Of a stretch of 50,436 nt of DNA, positions 1-11,556 are shown piece after piece. The stretch is from contig MQRK01243332.1 in the NCBI GenBank assembly GCA_001938485.1, forward strand, positions 5,501-55,936, read 5' to 3'. The translations under genes were made by a program, and so were the position numbers. Every line of letters starts with the position of its first letter. Within the stretch, counting starts at the first letter, position 1. The notes under the pieces are model-generated. The model was not told where the DNA came from, searched no databases, and saw only the letters and a list, made by a program, of their open reading frames with translations. The DNA is from Girardia tigrina. Taxonomy: Eukaryota.

Positions 1-387
1 TTCCACCATCACAATGTCGATTGTAAGTAATTTACTTGTTTTAAATTAATTTTTGAGTAATTGTTATTCCAGATATCGCTGCCCTGCCGGTCAATTATGG
101 ATCTGCAATTACCGCTCGCTGGCAACAAACAGGATGCGAGGGGAAAACAGGGAGGAAACGGCCGCGAACGCTTTGATAATTACTGGCGTCCAATGATTTC
201 GGGTAATTTATTTTATAAGTCCAAGTTTTAATTAATTAATTAAAACTNNNNNNNNNNNNNNNNNNNNNNNNNNNNNNNNNNNNNNNNNNNNNNNNNNNNN
301 NNNNNNNNNNNNNNNNNNNNNNNNNNNNNNNNNNNNNNNNNNNNNNNNNNNNNNNNNNNNNNNNNNNNNNNAAACAAATTTAAAAAC

Positions 388-500
388 AACGGGGATAGTC
401 GAGTTTGACTATCCCCACAATTCTCACTAAAGGTTTCGGGCGCAAGGGGCGTTGAGCGTGGGGAAGGGCTTCCTTCGAGTAGGCATCGTAACACGTAACA
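388..500 (-). repeat. LTR-like repeat end (TGTTAC... terminus) with GGGGATAGTC/GACTATCCCC hairpin; related to 21425-21540 and 23150-23271
   Basis: Direct similarity to 23153-23271; ends in cgtaaca (TGTTACG on minus); truncated by N-gap 248-371. Confidence 0.5.
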
Positions 501-1244
501 GTTAATGGACTAAAAATATAATAACAGTTTTACTGTAATAGAACCAATAATTTCATAAAATTACAACATAGGATATTTAAAAATTAAAATTATTGAAAAA
601 TTAAGTCTTTAAATATTTTATTATTAAAAATTTTGATAAAAATACATAAATTTAAACCTAATTTTAAATAGATTAAATAAATGTTTTTCAATAAAACAAT
701 TTTTAATTTAAAATAATATTTAGATAAAATTGTAAGTAGCGTTTATGCCACTTTCAGTATTATCGAATTCCGAAATCATAATTTAACACCACAAAATTTA
801 TTAATATCAACAATTCACATATTTAAACAAATTTCGCCCAAAATTAATTCATTAAATTTTTTGGATTAAATTTTGAAATTTTACGAAATTTAAACCTTAA
901 ATTATTTTACATTTTTTACGAAAATTTTATCATAAAAACTAATTAATTTAAATTTACAATAAACCCTTTTGTTAAAAAAAATATTTCTTAAAATATTAAT
1001 CCGTTAATTATTTATTTTAAAATTTATTCAAACTTATTTCATAAATTTTATTAAAATATATTAATTGTTATTACTGTAAGCATATTTTAAATAGGTATTT
1101 ATTTTATCATATTTTTACTCTACATTTTAGTTTTTTAATTTATTTCTTTTAAATTTTCAAATTAAAAAATAATAAACTATTTTGGCGAAACTTAAATTTA
1201 AACTAACCCCTTATAAAAATTATTGTTTAAATTATTATTATTTA

Positions 1245-1570
1245 GTGAAGTGGTCTATTCTTCCCAAAATGTATCTTTCTCTTCTTACTGTCTCATCCCA
1301 CGGTCCACAGATATTTATAAAAACCTTTTCAAATATTTCTGACGCTGTTATTTTTAAGTTTTCTTCCTTTGACTTCGTGGTCACTGTCTGTTTCTGTTAG
1401 CATTCTATGCATTTTCCGACTACCTCTTTTACCGTTTTCTTTTCTTTGTCCATGTCGAACTTGTCCCTCAGATATTCATATACTCTTTCTGGTCCCGCAT
1501 GACACAGTAGTCTATGTGTCTGTATGATTAAATAATTCCTTTTTCTTTTGGTATCCATTTTTCTGACCTG
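1245..1570 (-). mobile_element. Gypsy integrase zinc-finger (HHCC) fragment, degenerate
   Basis: Manual translation: THRLLCHAGPERVYEYLRDKF...VVGKCIEC*...FEKVFINICGPW. Confidence 0.6.
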
Positions 1571-1699
1571 CTCTGGCTTGGCTTCTCGTAGTAACTGCTA
1601 ACAATCTGGTCTTATTCTATATATTTTGCTCGCGAATGCGCAACTGCCAAACATGGCCAACCGAACCATTTCCCGAGAACTACTACAAAATCGAGAATG

Positions 1700-3130
1700 C
1701 TTTAGGTACGGTCCAGTAGGTTATTCTGTAAAAGAGTGTCTAGAGCGTAGGATTAGCGAAGTACTAATTAAATGATATATTAGTACCATCAAGCAAACCA
1801 TCGAAGAAGGGAAGTTACCAGTAAAATTACGACTGGTAAATTCGGTGGAGAACAAAGCAGATGGCATTACCCAAGTGACTAATAATTGTTTGAACGTGGC
1901 CAAGCACATATTGGAAGAGGTGTTCAAAGTGGTTGACGGGAGTGGAAGTTGCACGGCAGTCTAGAAACATTTCATCGCATTCACCATTTCAGAGTAAAAA
2001 GGATTGTGTCCCTAGTGAGAAGTTTATGGAGCCCGGGACAAGTGACCGAGAAACAAGTTTAAGCGATGGTGAAGATATGCCCTTGATGTGCGTTGATTGA
2101 CATATCTCCAGTGAAATGAAAAGAAGGGGAATCTGGCGTCAAGAAAACCCGGCAGCTGCTCGGCATGGATGTGACGCACATAACCGAGAGGAAATTTATG
2201 ACACTGATGAATCATGGGAGGGCCAAGGTGCTTCTCGACATGGACGTAAGCAGACAGCTCGGAGGAGTCTAACTCTTCGCGGTGTGAAGGAACATCGTCA
2301 CAGAAAGTGACATGGTCTTATGAACCACACTAAAGTCGGTGTTCAAAAATTTCGGTCCACCCTAAGAGTTACTAATAACTTCACTACACATTATTGAGCA
2401 GCAATTCAATGTTTGTTAGCTGATATGGGCGTTGAGATGCGATTTTGATGAGCCAATCGGCCCTGATGGAATGTAATCGTTGAGTGCTGTTACCAGATCT
2501 TTAAGACTAGAAGTAGAATACCAATCCAAGACATGATAACGTGGTGTAATGCGTTCCCCCAAATCTAGTTGGGTGATCCCAGCATTGACAATTTTTGCCC
2601 AGTGGCGGCGGTTGCTTCTTCTGATCGATTTCACGAAGCAGCTTTCGGGAACTAGCAGTATGAGACACACGGGAGAGTAAGGGGTGGGAGACACCAAATT
2701 AGTGAAGCTAACGAACCTAACGTGCACGACGCAGTGAAAGCGCACTGTAGTGAACGGGCTCGGTCCCATTCAACCAAGTCAAGATCGACGGAATCCAACA
2801 GCCTGTAACGCACTTGAGGCGCGTGTTTGGTTTGTTACAACGGACTCAACGGATTCATCGACAAATGTACGAGCGTTTCCGGAAATAGTGAACGCAGATG
2901 TCCGGAATGACAGTAGCTCTGATTAAGAGGACGAGTCATCGGGGACTCGGAGAGTAATTGACTTCAGAGCAATTATGTGAGAGTAGAGAGACCGTGCCGA
3001 GAGATCATTCGGCCTGCTCGGTTTAATGACTTTATCTGAACGGGGTTGCGGCTATCCGGAGAGACGGGAATTCCTCTCTCTCGAGAAAGAGTATGGATGT
3101 GTGCTTTGATTACAATGGGGGTGTGACAGA
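1700..3130 (+). mobile_element. Highly degenerate LTR retrotransposon pol/integrase remnant, same family as 47520-48395
   Basis: GC-richer block; visible nucleotide similarity of ~2030-2200 to ~47705-47870; ends in a purine tract followed by TGTGAC. Confidence 0.45.
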
Positions 3131-3503
3131 ATAATTAAAGTTTAGTGTTTTAATAATCGAATAGAAAGCGGGAAATTGGAAAAGCGGAAATTGAATTGAA
3201 ACAAAGGTTTTTTGCAAGTTTTCTTTAAATTGTTATTTGACCTTTTTGCACAATAACATTTATTCAATCGGTTTTAAAATTTAGATTAAACGTTTTTTAT
3301 TATACTTCTGTTGTAATTCAAAATGTAAGTCATTCCCGAACAATTACATATTCAGAACTTCCGAAATACCAATTACCATTTTAGTGGGAGAAACACATTT
3401 TCCAATACCGAATTCAAAATACCAAACGTCAAATATTCCTCCCAATGTATTTTAATTTCAAGTCCCATAAAGTTAAATAGAAAATCTAAACAATAAAACT
3501 TAC

Positions 3504-3735
3504 TAATATATTTGATAATTTGATATCTTTATGTATTATATCTTGATCGTGTAAATACTGAATTCCTTCAATAATTTCCAAGGATATTTTTATTATATTC
3601 TTCGGGTTCATAAAGTGAGACTTCATATAATTTCTCAGATTCATTTTCATTAATGGATAAAATATATCAATTCTCTTCTCATCTTCTGATATTTTCACTC
3701 CGAGAGTCGGTAAAAGATTCTCGTGGGAAATTTGA
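3504..3735 (-). CDS. DSTYK: Exon 4 of dynamin-like GTPase-kinase (DSTYK-like) gene: kinase subdomains IV-VIb
   Basis: taaag acceptor at 3736, gtaagt donor at 3503; QISHENLL...GIQYLHDQDIIHKDIKLSNIL; phase-2 join to exon 3 keeps frame. Confidence 0.8.
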
Positions 3736-3818
3736 CTTTAATATAAAAAATAATAAAATAAAAAGTGATAGTAGATTTAGTTTATTTCTATTCAAATAAT
3801 TAGATAAATATTTAATTA

Positions 3819-5115
3819 TTAGGGTGAACCAAAAGTCATTTCGTATTTTTTATTAAAAATTTAAACATAATTTTACAACAAATAAAAAAAAATTTAAGTT
3901 TCAAAGTAAAGGCCATTTGAATCTATAGCTTGAACCCATCTATGACCAAGTTGTTCGATCCCGCTGCGGTACCAATCCTTGTTCTTGGAAGCGAAGAATT
4001 GGTGACACCCGTTTTCGACCTTGGTCAGATTAGTGAAGCTGCGACCACGAATAAAGTGTGCCATAGAGCGGAAAAGGTGATAGTCGGAAGGCGCAAGATC
4101 TGGACTATACGCTGGATGTGGAAGAAGTTCAAAGGCATCGAGATTTTTGATTTTTTCCTTTGTTTGTTTGGCGGTGTGCGGTTTTGCATTGTCCTGTTGT
4201 AGAAGAACTCACTTTCGATTGATCAAAGCGGGGTATTTCTCGCCAAGTGTCGCATACATTCAATCAAGTTGGGCGCAGTAAAGATCAGCGTCGATGGTAC
4301 GACCATTTGGAACTAACTCGAAGTGAATCACGCCTTCGAAATTCTACCAAACACAAAAAAGTGCCTTCCTTGAGAAACGATCTCGTTTCGCTACCGGTTT
4401 CGCCATTTGTCCGGGATCCAACCATTGATTTTGTTGGTCTGGATTACTGAAGTAAACCCACTTTTCATCGCAAGTTACAATTCGACGGATAAAACGGTCA
4501 TCGCGCGGATTTTCAAGCAATTTTTGACAAGTTTCGAAACGCTTTTCGGCTTGAATTTGTGTCAATTCATGAGGCAAATCTCGACATCGTCTATTGACCT
4601 TGCCAAGAGCGTGAAGGTGTCGTACAATGGATATTTCAGGAATATCGAGTTCGGCCGACAATGTACGAGTACTTATTGACGGATTTTTCTCGACTGCTTA
4701 ACGAATTGCTCCGGAATCTACGGTGATAGGTCGGTCTGAACGTGCATTGTCTCCGAGGTCAATGTCGCCTTCGTTGAACCTTTTGAAACAATTTTGTGCA
4801 TTACGCCTTACTTTACATTACATTACATTATCGCCTTCAAATTCACATAACTTCTTTGTTGTTGCAGTTGTGTTTAAGCCCTGTTTTCAGTAATGGCGTA
4901 AAAGAACACGAATTTCAAAATTTTCTATGATTTTTTTAAAAGACCATAAAAATTATATTAACGACTAATTAGTAGTTTTAATAGATATTGTGATAGAGCA
5001 GTTCAAGGGCTTTATAAAGATATAACACATGTATATAAAATATCTTTATTTGTTAATAAGAAACAATTGAACAAAAAGACATAGAAAACACGAAAAGACT
5101 TTTGGTTCAAACTAA
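3819..5115 (-). mobile_element. Full-length (1297 bp) mariner DD34D transposon with inactivated transposase
   Basis: TIRs TTAGGGTGAACCAAAAGTC / GACTTTTGGTTCAAACTAA with TA on both sides; motifs IVTCDEKW, QDNAKPH, HPAYSPDLAPSDYHLF; stops and frameshifts. Confidence 0.93.
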
Positions 5116-5291
5116 TACTTTTGTTATAAAAATGAGAATTTTTTATTCTTATAATTATTTAAAAGACTTCCAAAATGAGTTCGTTTTTTCCATATCATTC
5201 AAATTTTTGCTAAATTGATTTAGTCAGTTAAAAAATTTATTAATCTTGTGGTGATAAAAAAAATATTGACTAAATAAGAAATGAAAAAAAT

Positions 5292-5520
5292 CATGGCTGC
5301 GGAGTCGGAGTCAAGGAGTCCGAGTTTAAGGATTTTTGGGGAAGTCGGAGTTGGAGTCAGAGTCGTGAAAATCGACTCCGACCAAAATAATAACGAATAT
5401 TATAAATTTAGCTAAAAAGGAGTTGGAGTCGAATGCTGAATCGAAGTTAGAGACGGAGTCAGAAATTTTACAAATATAGGAGTTGGAGTCGGGCAATTTT
5501 AGTCCGACTCCGCAGCCCTG
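5292..5520. mobile_element. hAT-type MITE with GGAGTC subterminal repeats
   Basis: TIR CATGGCTGCGGAGTCGGA / TCCGACTCCGCAGCCCTG; 8-bp TSD AAAAAAAT at 5284-5291 and 5521-5528. Confidence 0.8.
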
Positions 5521-6379
5521 AAAAAAATAACATTGACAATTGTTTAAACGAACTAAATGATAAAAAATAATGAACTCTACGTTTGAATGAGCAAATGTTA
5601 ATATTGGAAAATAAATGTATTGAATTCGTCACTTGTTTTTAATATGCATCTTGTTTTTACCCAATAATTCTATGACAATGACTCATTGGTCCGCCTTCAT
5701 GGATCTTCAATATCGAGTACGAGGACGCACACTGACCACCGGTATTGGGGAGTGCATCGAGCGGCGTCACAGAATGCTGCTACTTGGGACCGCATCGACT
5801 GGAATCAAACGATACGAGACGGTTGCAGGTCTGCAATTTGACAAACGAGAGACCACTGGACGATGACCACTCGACGGAACCGATCAGTCCGCAGTAGACG
5901 AACCCATGTGCAATTATGTGACCAGGTGAACGATTGAAGACTGGATTGCCCCCCTCCACATATCCATATAAAAATTAAGCTGACAGAATAGAAAGTAAGA
6001 AAAGAATATCAAAATCAAAGGCAAACAGGAAAAAGCATTTCATTGTTTTCAAATTTCATAAGTGAATGAAATGTTTTATTGGAAGCAAAACTCAATGACA
6101 ACATACGTCGATGAACCAAGCGTCAACTTCATGTTACTAAATACTAATGTCAAATGAAAAACATGTAAATGTGATATTAAAATTTAAAGATTCTATGTAA
6201 GCATTTTGATAGGTATTGGAAGAGAATTTCGTGTGAAGCATTTCTAATTAGATCGAATTTGCCGTAAAATTTATATCCACACATGTAATTAAGTTAAGTT
6301 TTAATTAATTTTAATATTTTTTTAAACAATCAGTTGATTTTTATTGACAAAATATACGATAAAGTCAAATTTTGCAGTG

Positions 6380-7150
6380 TAATTCATTTTTATTGTTGTG
6401 ATAAAAAGACATTATTTTCTATCAAAAAAACTGCAAAAGAATCGGGAGAGAATGGAAAAATTAAAGAAAATTATGACTTAAGAAAGGAATATTACTAAAA
6501 TGAAGCTGTCTTAACAACTAAATACTAATACAAAATTGTGCGGCTTGAGTTACACCATCTGGAAACCCAAAAGCTATGTTGCAAAATCTTAATTTGTTTG
6601 TTTTACGGTTGAAAGTATAGCCAGACAAAAAAAATATGACAACAATCTTCACCTGTTCGAGGAGATTGGACCCCCTTTATTGGTGAATATAGTGACTGAA
6701 GATGAGAAGTCATTAAGTCCTGCAATTCATTACTCCAAGAAAGAATAAAAAGCAGGTTTTATCATCTAGAATGGTAGTTCTCATCAGAAATATGTCATAT
6801 TGAGTATCTATCTAGATTATAGAAAAATTTTGAAGGTCGATTACACAGAAGGTATAATTAACTCTGAGTACTACCAAAATCTAGTCTTAAATTCAAGACC
6901 TTTTGACGCTTTCGACTTCATCTGGACCTTGATTTGCTATACGAAAATGCTTCTGTCCGTCCAATTCGTACTAATAGGCAACCCCATGATCTCGGATATT
7001 GCATTTAGTGACTTTTGGTTGTTCAAGCTAACTAAGAAACATTTTTCGAGTCACAGATTCGAATAATAGAACAATCGAAGCTATAAATTTTAAAGAAGTG
7101 TGTTGAAATTTCTCAGAGAAGAAGGGTCACAGTATATTCGAAATTAGTTT
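6380..7150 (+). mobile_element. Old, degenerate mariner transposase remnant
   Basis: Fragments NIVTEDEK and ISDIAFSDFWLFKL resemble the mariner first-Asp and SPDLAPSDF motifs. Confidence 0.55.
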
Positions 7151-7168
7151 CAAAACAATGATGAATAA

Positions 7169-8511
7169 CACTGGGTAACAAATTTTTATAAAAGTCATGT
7201 TTCATGACACTTTTAGTGTTTCTTAATGTAATTTTGCTCACTGATTCAGAAAATAACATCAGTTTCTCCTTACCTTCAACGGTTCAAAAGATAAACTAAA
7301 TTTATATAATTAACATATACGAGAAATCAGATTTAATTACCTTACACAAAATAAGCAAAACATCAACATAATTGATAGTTACAATGTCTCCTTTGTGTAT
7401 ACAATAAATGAAATGATTCAAGTAATCCTAAGTTCTTCAAAAATGCACAGTAGATTGTTTTTGTCTCTTATGAGTTGTGTCATCTGTGCGCACCAAACTC
7501 CATACATAGTCACCCATCCTGGCTTCGTCCCAACGTCCTTGATATCGCTTCTCCATCACCGTAATGTCCTGGTGGAACCACTCACCGTGCTCTTCGCTAA
7601 TATCTCCGAGATTTGGTCGAAAGAATTCTAGGTGAGAGTGCAGATTTGTTGACATTTTACAACCCAAATCTTGATAGCTGTTGAGTAATTCTTCAATCAG
7701 TTCCTTATAATTATCCGCTCTGTTGTTGCCAAGAAAATTAGAAACTACATGCTTGAAAGTAGTCCAGGATCTCTTTTCTTTTTCTTTCATTTTACTCTCT
7801 AGACTTTTTGATTCAAATCTGTCTCACTTGTGGTCTGACAAATACACCTGCTGAAACTTTAGCTTCTGATAGCTTGGGAAACAATGACTTGATCTCTTTC
7901 AGGGTTTCACCACTAGGATCTAGGGCTATTACAAATTGTTTAATCAATCCCAGTTTTATATGCACTGGAGGTAGAAGAATTTTGTCTGCAGAAACAAGAG
8001 CGACATTGTTCACGCTGTATGCACTTGGTTGCAAGTCACTTCGTTCAGGCTTTCTCTTTAGATATAATGAATTGCTTTGTCTCTGATATCCCATAAGCAA
8101 AGAAAACAAGGGAACTTTATGAATCCACCTTGCGATTCAAGAAGAAAACCAATCATCTTGAAATCTCCCCAAACATCCCATTTGTAGCTATCGTAGTTGA
8201 CCTTCTGCAGTAAAGTTCTAACATTACTATAGTCCTCCTTCAAGTGGACACTGTGACCGATTGGTATCGAAGGATTCGGATTGCAATTGTGGATTAATAA
8301 TGCTTTTAAACTCCTAGTAGAGCTGTCAATAAATAGTCACCATTGATCTCGTTGATGTGTGACACCAATTGCTTCAAACAGCCCCATCACGTCTGAACAA
8401 AAGCAAAGTGTTTCCTCAACTCTAAAGTACTGAACAAATGTAGTGTGTCTATTTTGGTACTTAGAAATTCTCACACTTGGATCAAATAAATTCAATTCCT
8501 TTAGTCTAGAT
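7169..8511 (-). mobile_element. Chapaev3-like (CMC) DNA transposon, 3' half, frameshifted transposase
   Basis: LPPVHIKLGLIKQFV and LHSHLEFFRPNLGDISEEHGEWFHQDI...RYQGRW motifs; terminus CACTGGGTAACAAATT preceded by TAA. Confidence 0.75.
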
Positions 8512-8600
8512 CAGTGATTCTCAACCTGGGTGCCGCGGCACTTTTGGGTGCCACGAGCGTCTGAAAAGGGTGCGCGAGCTGGTTAGATGTACTGTTATAG
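8512..8600 (+). mobile_element. hAT-Charlie-type terminus inserted into the Chapaev3 transposase
   Basis: CAGTGATTCTCAACCTGGG directly after GTCTAGAT (NTCTAGAN target preference); second end not found. Confidence 0.7.
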
Positions 8601-8678
8601 TTTTAAATAAAAGATTAATAAGATGGATTATAAATATTTATTAACAAAAAACAATGTTTAAATAGTAATATTGATTTA

Positions 8679-8827
8679 CGGGTTAAGGTTATGGTTAGGG
8701 TTCGGGTTAGGGTTTAGGTTAATGGTTACACTGAGGGTTAGAGATTAGGGTAAGGGTTAGTTTAAGGATTACGGTTAGGGTTAAGGGTTAGTGTTGGGGT
8801 TGGAGTTAGGGTGAGGGTTATGGTTTG
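8679..8827 (+). repeat. Degenerate interstitial TTAGGG-like tandem repeat
   Basis: About 150 bp of GGTTAG / GGGTTA variants. Confidence 0.8.
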
Positions 8828-8954
8828 TAAAGAAAATAAAAAAAATTAAAATTAATAAAATTGAAAAATTTAACACCCAATTCGAAACAATAAATAACTA
8901 ATTATAACTACGATATTTTAATTAAAACAGAAACTTTCAAAGACGAAATTTAAC

Positions 8955-8987
8955 TCACTCGTCATACATGACGGGTCTTTTCTTAGT
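8955..8987 (+). mobile_element. Helitron 3' end (hairpin plus degenerate CTAG|T)
   Basis: CGTCAT-AC-ATGACG hairpin, same as the Helitron end at 18586-18613, followed by CTTAG|T. Confidence 0.6.
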
Positions 8988-9567
8988 GTAAATATAAATA
9001 AATAAAATTTTGTTTTGAATCTGTGTATGTTTTTCATTTTTTTTATTTATTAATATTGAGAAATACAATAGATATTAAAAAAATGGAACGTAAGTCGATG
9101 TAGATGGAAAGCGATTTGGCACGTGTTTTAGATAAAAAAATTCCGAAGATTTATGTGCTCATGTTCATCGATCCCAGAAAAAATTTAAAATAAAATTTAG
9201 TTAAAATTTAAAATTTAACTAAATGCCTTTCACTCTGTAATAATGCCTAAAAATTATGTGTGTTTGAAGTTTGTGTGTGTATTGTGCGTATGTATTTTGT
9301 ATGCTTTCAATTGTGTTTGTATGTGCATTTATATATATCTTTATGATTTAGACTCTAGGAAAATGCACACGACATCCATTCTTATTGCTTTTTTTATTTT
9401 TACATTATATTTTCAGTAATTTTTATAATTCATTTTATATATGTATGCCTAAACTGCATAAGTAAATGAGAACGGTTGTATTCTTAAAACATGTGATAAA
9501 TCAAATTTCCATTGTAAAAATTAAATAAATCGATATTAATAATAATAATAATAAACTCAATAATTAC

Positions 9568-9688
9568 TTAGTATAAAAGATTTCTTCTGTCAAATGTTCC
9601 AATTTGTAGATATCCAACTCAATACTTTTCATGGCAATGGGTTCTTCGTGAAGTTTACACTCGTAAACCTTACTTCGAATTCCTGTTC
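9568..9688 (-). CDS. DSTYK: Exon 3 of dynamin-like GTPase-kinase gene: kinase G-loop, beta3 Lys and alphaC (not in the ORF track)
   Basis: 48-nt intron 9689-9736 (gtaatc..tttag); (IIG)TGIRSKVYECKLHEEPIAMKSIELDIYKLEHLTEEIFYT; gtaatt donor at 9567. Confidence 0.85.
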
Positions 9689-9736
9689 CTAAATCAGAAT
9701 ATTATCATAAAAATGGTGTAATGATACTAAGATTAC

Positions 9737-11048
9737 CAATAATGTTTCCAACTTCTATGTTACTAAACATGTACTGCCCTTTGACATTTAAGATTTGAAG
9801 AAACAAGTAAAAGAAAATTGGAGTTTTCTTAGTTATTTCGAATTTCATTGTTTCCGAATCAATGATTTTTTCCTTGATCAAAATAGTTTCTTTTTTCATC
9901 GCGTTCAAAAACGCCGTATGTTTAATTTCAAAGTCATCAAAAAGTCTTTTGCAAACATCTTCCGCTAATAAATGAATATCGCATTTTTTCAAATACTCTT
10001 CCGCTTGCTTCAATTTCCATTCTCGACTTTTGACATTAATTTCATTTTCTTTTAGTTCAATGTTTAATCCATTAGAAAGAAAGGTTTTAACACTGGTCAA
10101 AACAACATTCATAAAATCCTTGAAAATACCATGATTATGCTCAGGACTCAAGGAAGGTAACTTTTCGATTTTGTATTTAACGTTTAATATACGTTCAAGA
10201 ATGAGTTGGTAAGGGGCTTTTCCGACTTTTTTATTATTTAACGTTTGGTTGAAATTTTTTAAACTTTGAAAGGTCTTTTCTTCTATTGCGAAACGATAAT
10301 TTTTAAAAAGTTCTTCTGCCACAAAACTTCTTAATACATTCTCTAATCCTTGTACCAAGATTTTGATGATAGTTAACTGACACTGATCTATAACCTGTGA
10401 ATCACTAACGATTCCATCTTCTGGTATAAAAATAGAGGAAGGATATACTGTATCAATGATCGGATTAATTATTGAATCAGCCTCCTTTTCTAAATGTATG
10501 ATCAGACGACTTCTTAATTCTTGCTTAGAATCAGTAATAGCAGATTTAATATTTTCATACATTTCTTTTTCTATCCTTTTAATCAACGTAATTTGTTCAT
10601 AGTTTTCTTTTGTTTTTGTATCAAAATTTTGAGTATAGTTGATTATTTTTGCCGAAATATCCATGATGAAATTCATCACAATATCACAAGATTCACAAAT
10701 TTTATTTTTAAAATATAATGACATGATATTGTTGAGTTCTGTATAAAATTTACAAAATTGCATGAAGTGATATTGCGTCTCCGGATTGATGATGTTTGAT
10801 CTATGCTTAATGAAACATGTTAAAGAAGCCCCATGAAAGTATGGACATTCATTCCAATATTTATAAGATTTGGGTATAAAATTGTGATATTGCAACTTAA
10901 AAAATGACTTTGACATTTTACTTCTCGCGCAATTTATCGGATCTTGATTGATATCCTCTTCATTGTCTTCAGGGTCCAAATGAGAGACAAAATATATTAT
11001 TTCTAAATTTGGAACCAAGTTTTTCAATTCGTGAAGATTAGCAGTATC
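9737..11048 (-). CDS. DSTYK: Exon 2 of dynamin-like GTPase-kinase gene: end of G domain and long, probably helical, middle region
   Basis: 1312-nt stop-free exon in very AT-rich DNA; ttcag acceptor at 11049, phase 0; DTANLHELKNLVPNLEIIYFVSHLD continues the G domain at the G4 position. Confidence 0.85.
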
Positions 11049-11556
11049 CTGAATGTGATATTAATTATCTGTTATTGAATGTTAACATAATGATAATATA
11101 TAAGTCATAAAAATACATTTTAAAAGTATTTCGTAATAAACATTTACAATAACACAATCACTTATGAGAAAAACATAACCCTTGTAAATATTTTAGAAAA
11201 AGATGTCTTATTGATGTAATTTCCTTCACATTAATACTTTACCCAATTCTTATAAAATACCCTTCTTTTTTTAATTTTTTATGTAATTTTATACCGGCCT
11301 ATCGAAATTCGGAAACTGTAACTGATTAAACTTAAAATTAAAATTACATTCGGATTCACTACACTAATATTTATCAGATTCCCTTCATGTTTTGTTCTAC
11401 ATAGAACGTCTTCATGTGTTTGGTCCATTGAGAGAACAACAAGTTTCAATAACAAATATAGAATCGAGAACTCATCCTTTAATTTGATTAGCTCTCTATT
11501 CTGACACGACATGAAATCTTCATAGATTTCAGTCTTTCAAATGTAATGTGTGTGCT

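Noticed and set aside
3330-3470. Minus-strand FEFGIGKCVSPTKMVIG as a candidate DFG exon
   Set aside because: No Asp, no APE motif, a stop follows soon and no suitable acceptor was found
5640-5990. GC-richer island (also 16100-16410 and 50150-50436) as ncRNA or solo LTR
   Set aside because: No clear termini, TSD or RNA family signature could be supported
8679-8827. True telomere or chromosome fusion site
   Set aside because: Short, highly degenerate, single orientation and embedded among transposon ends
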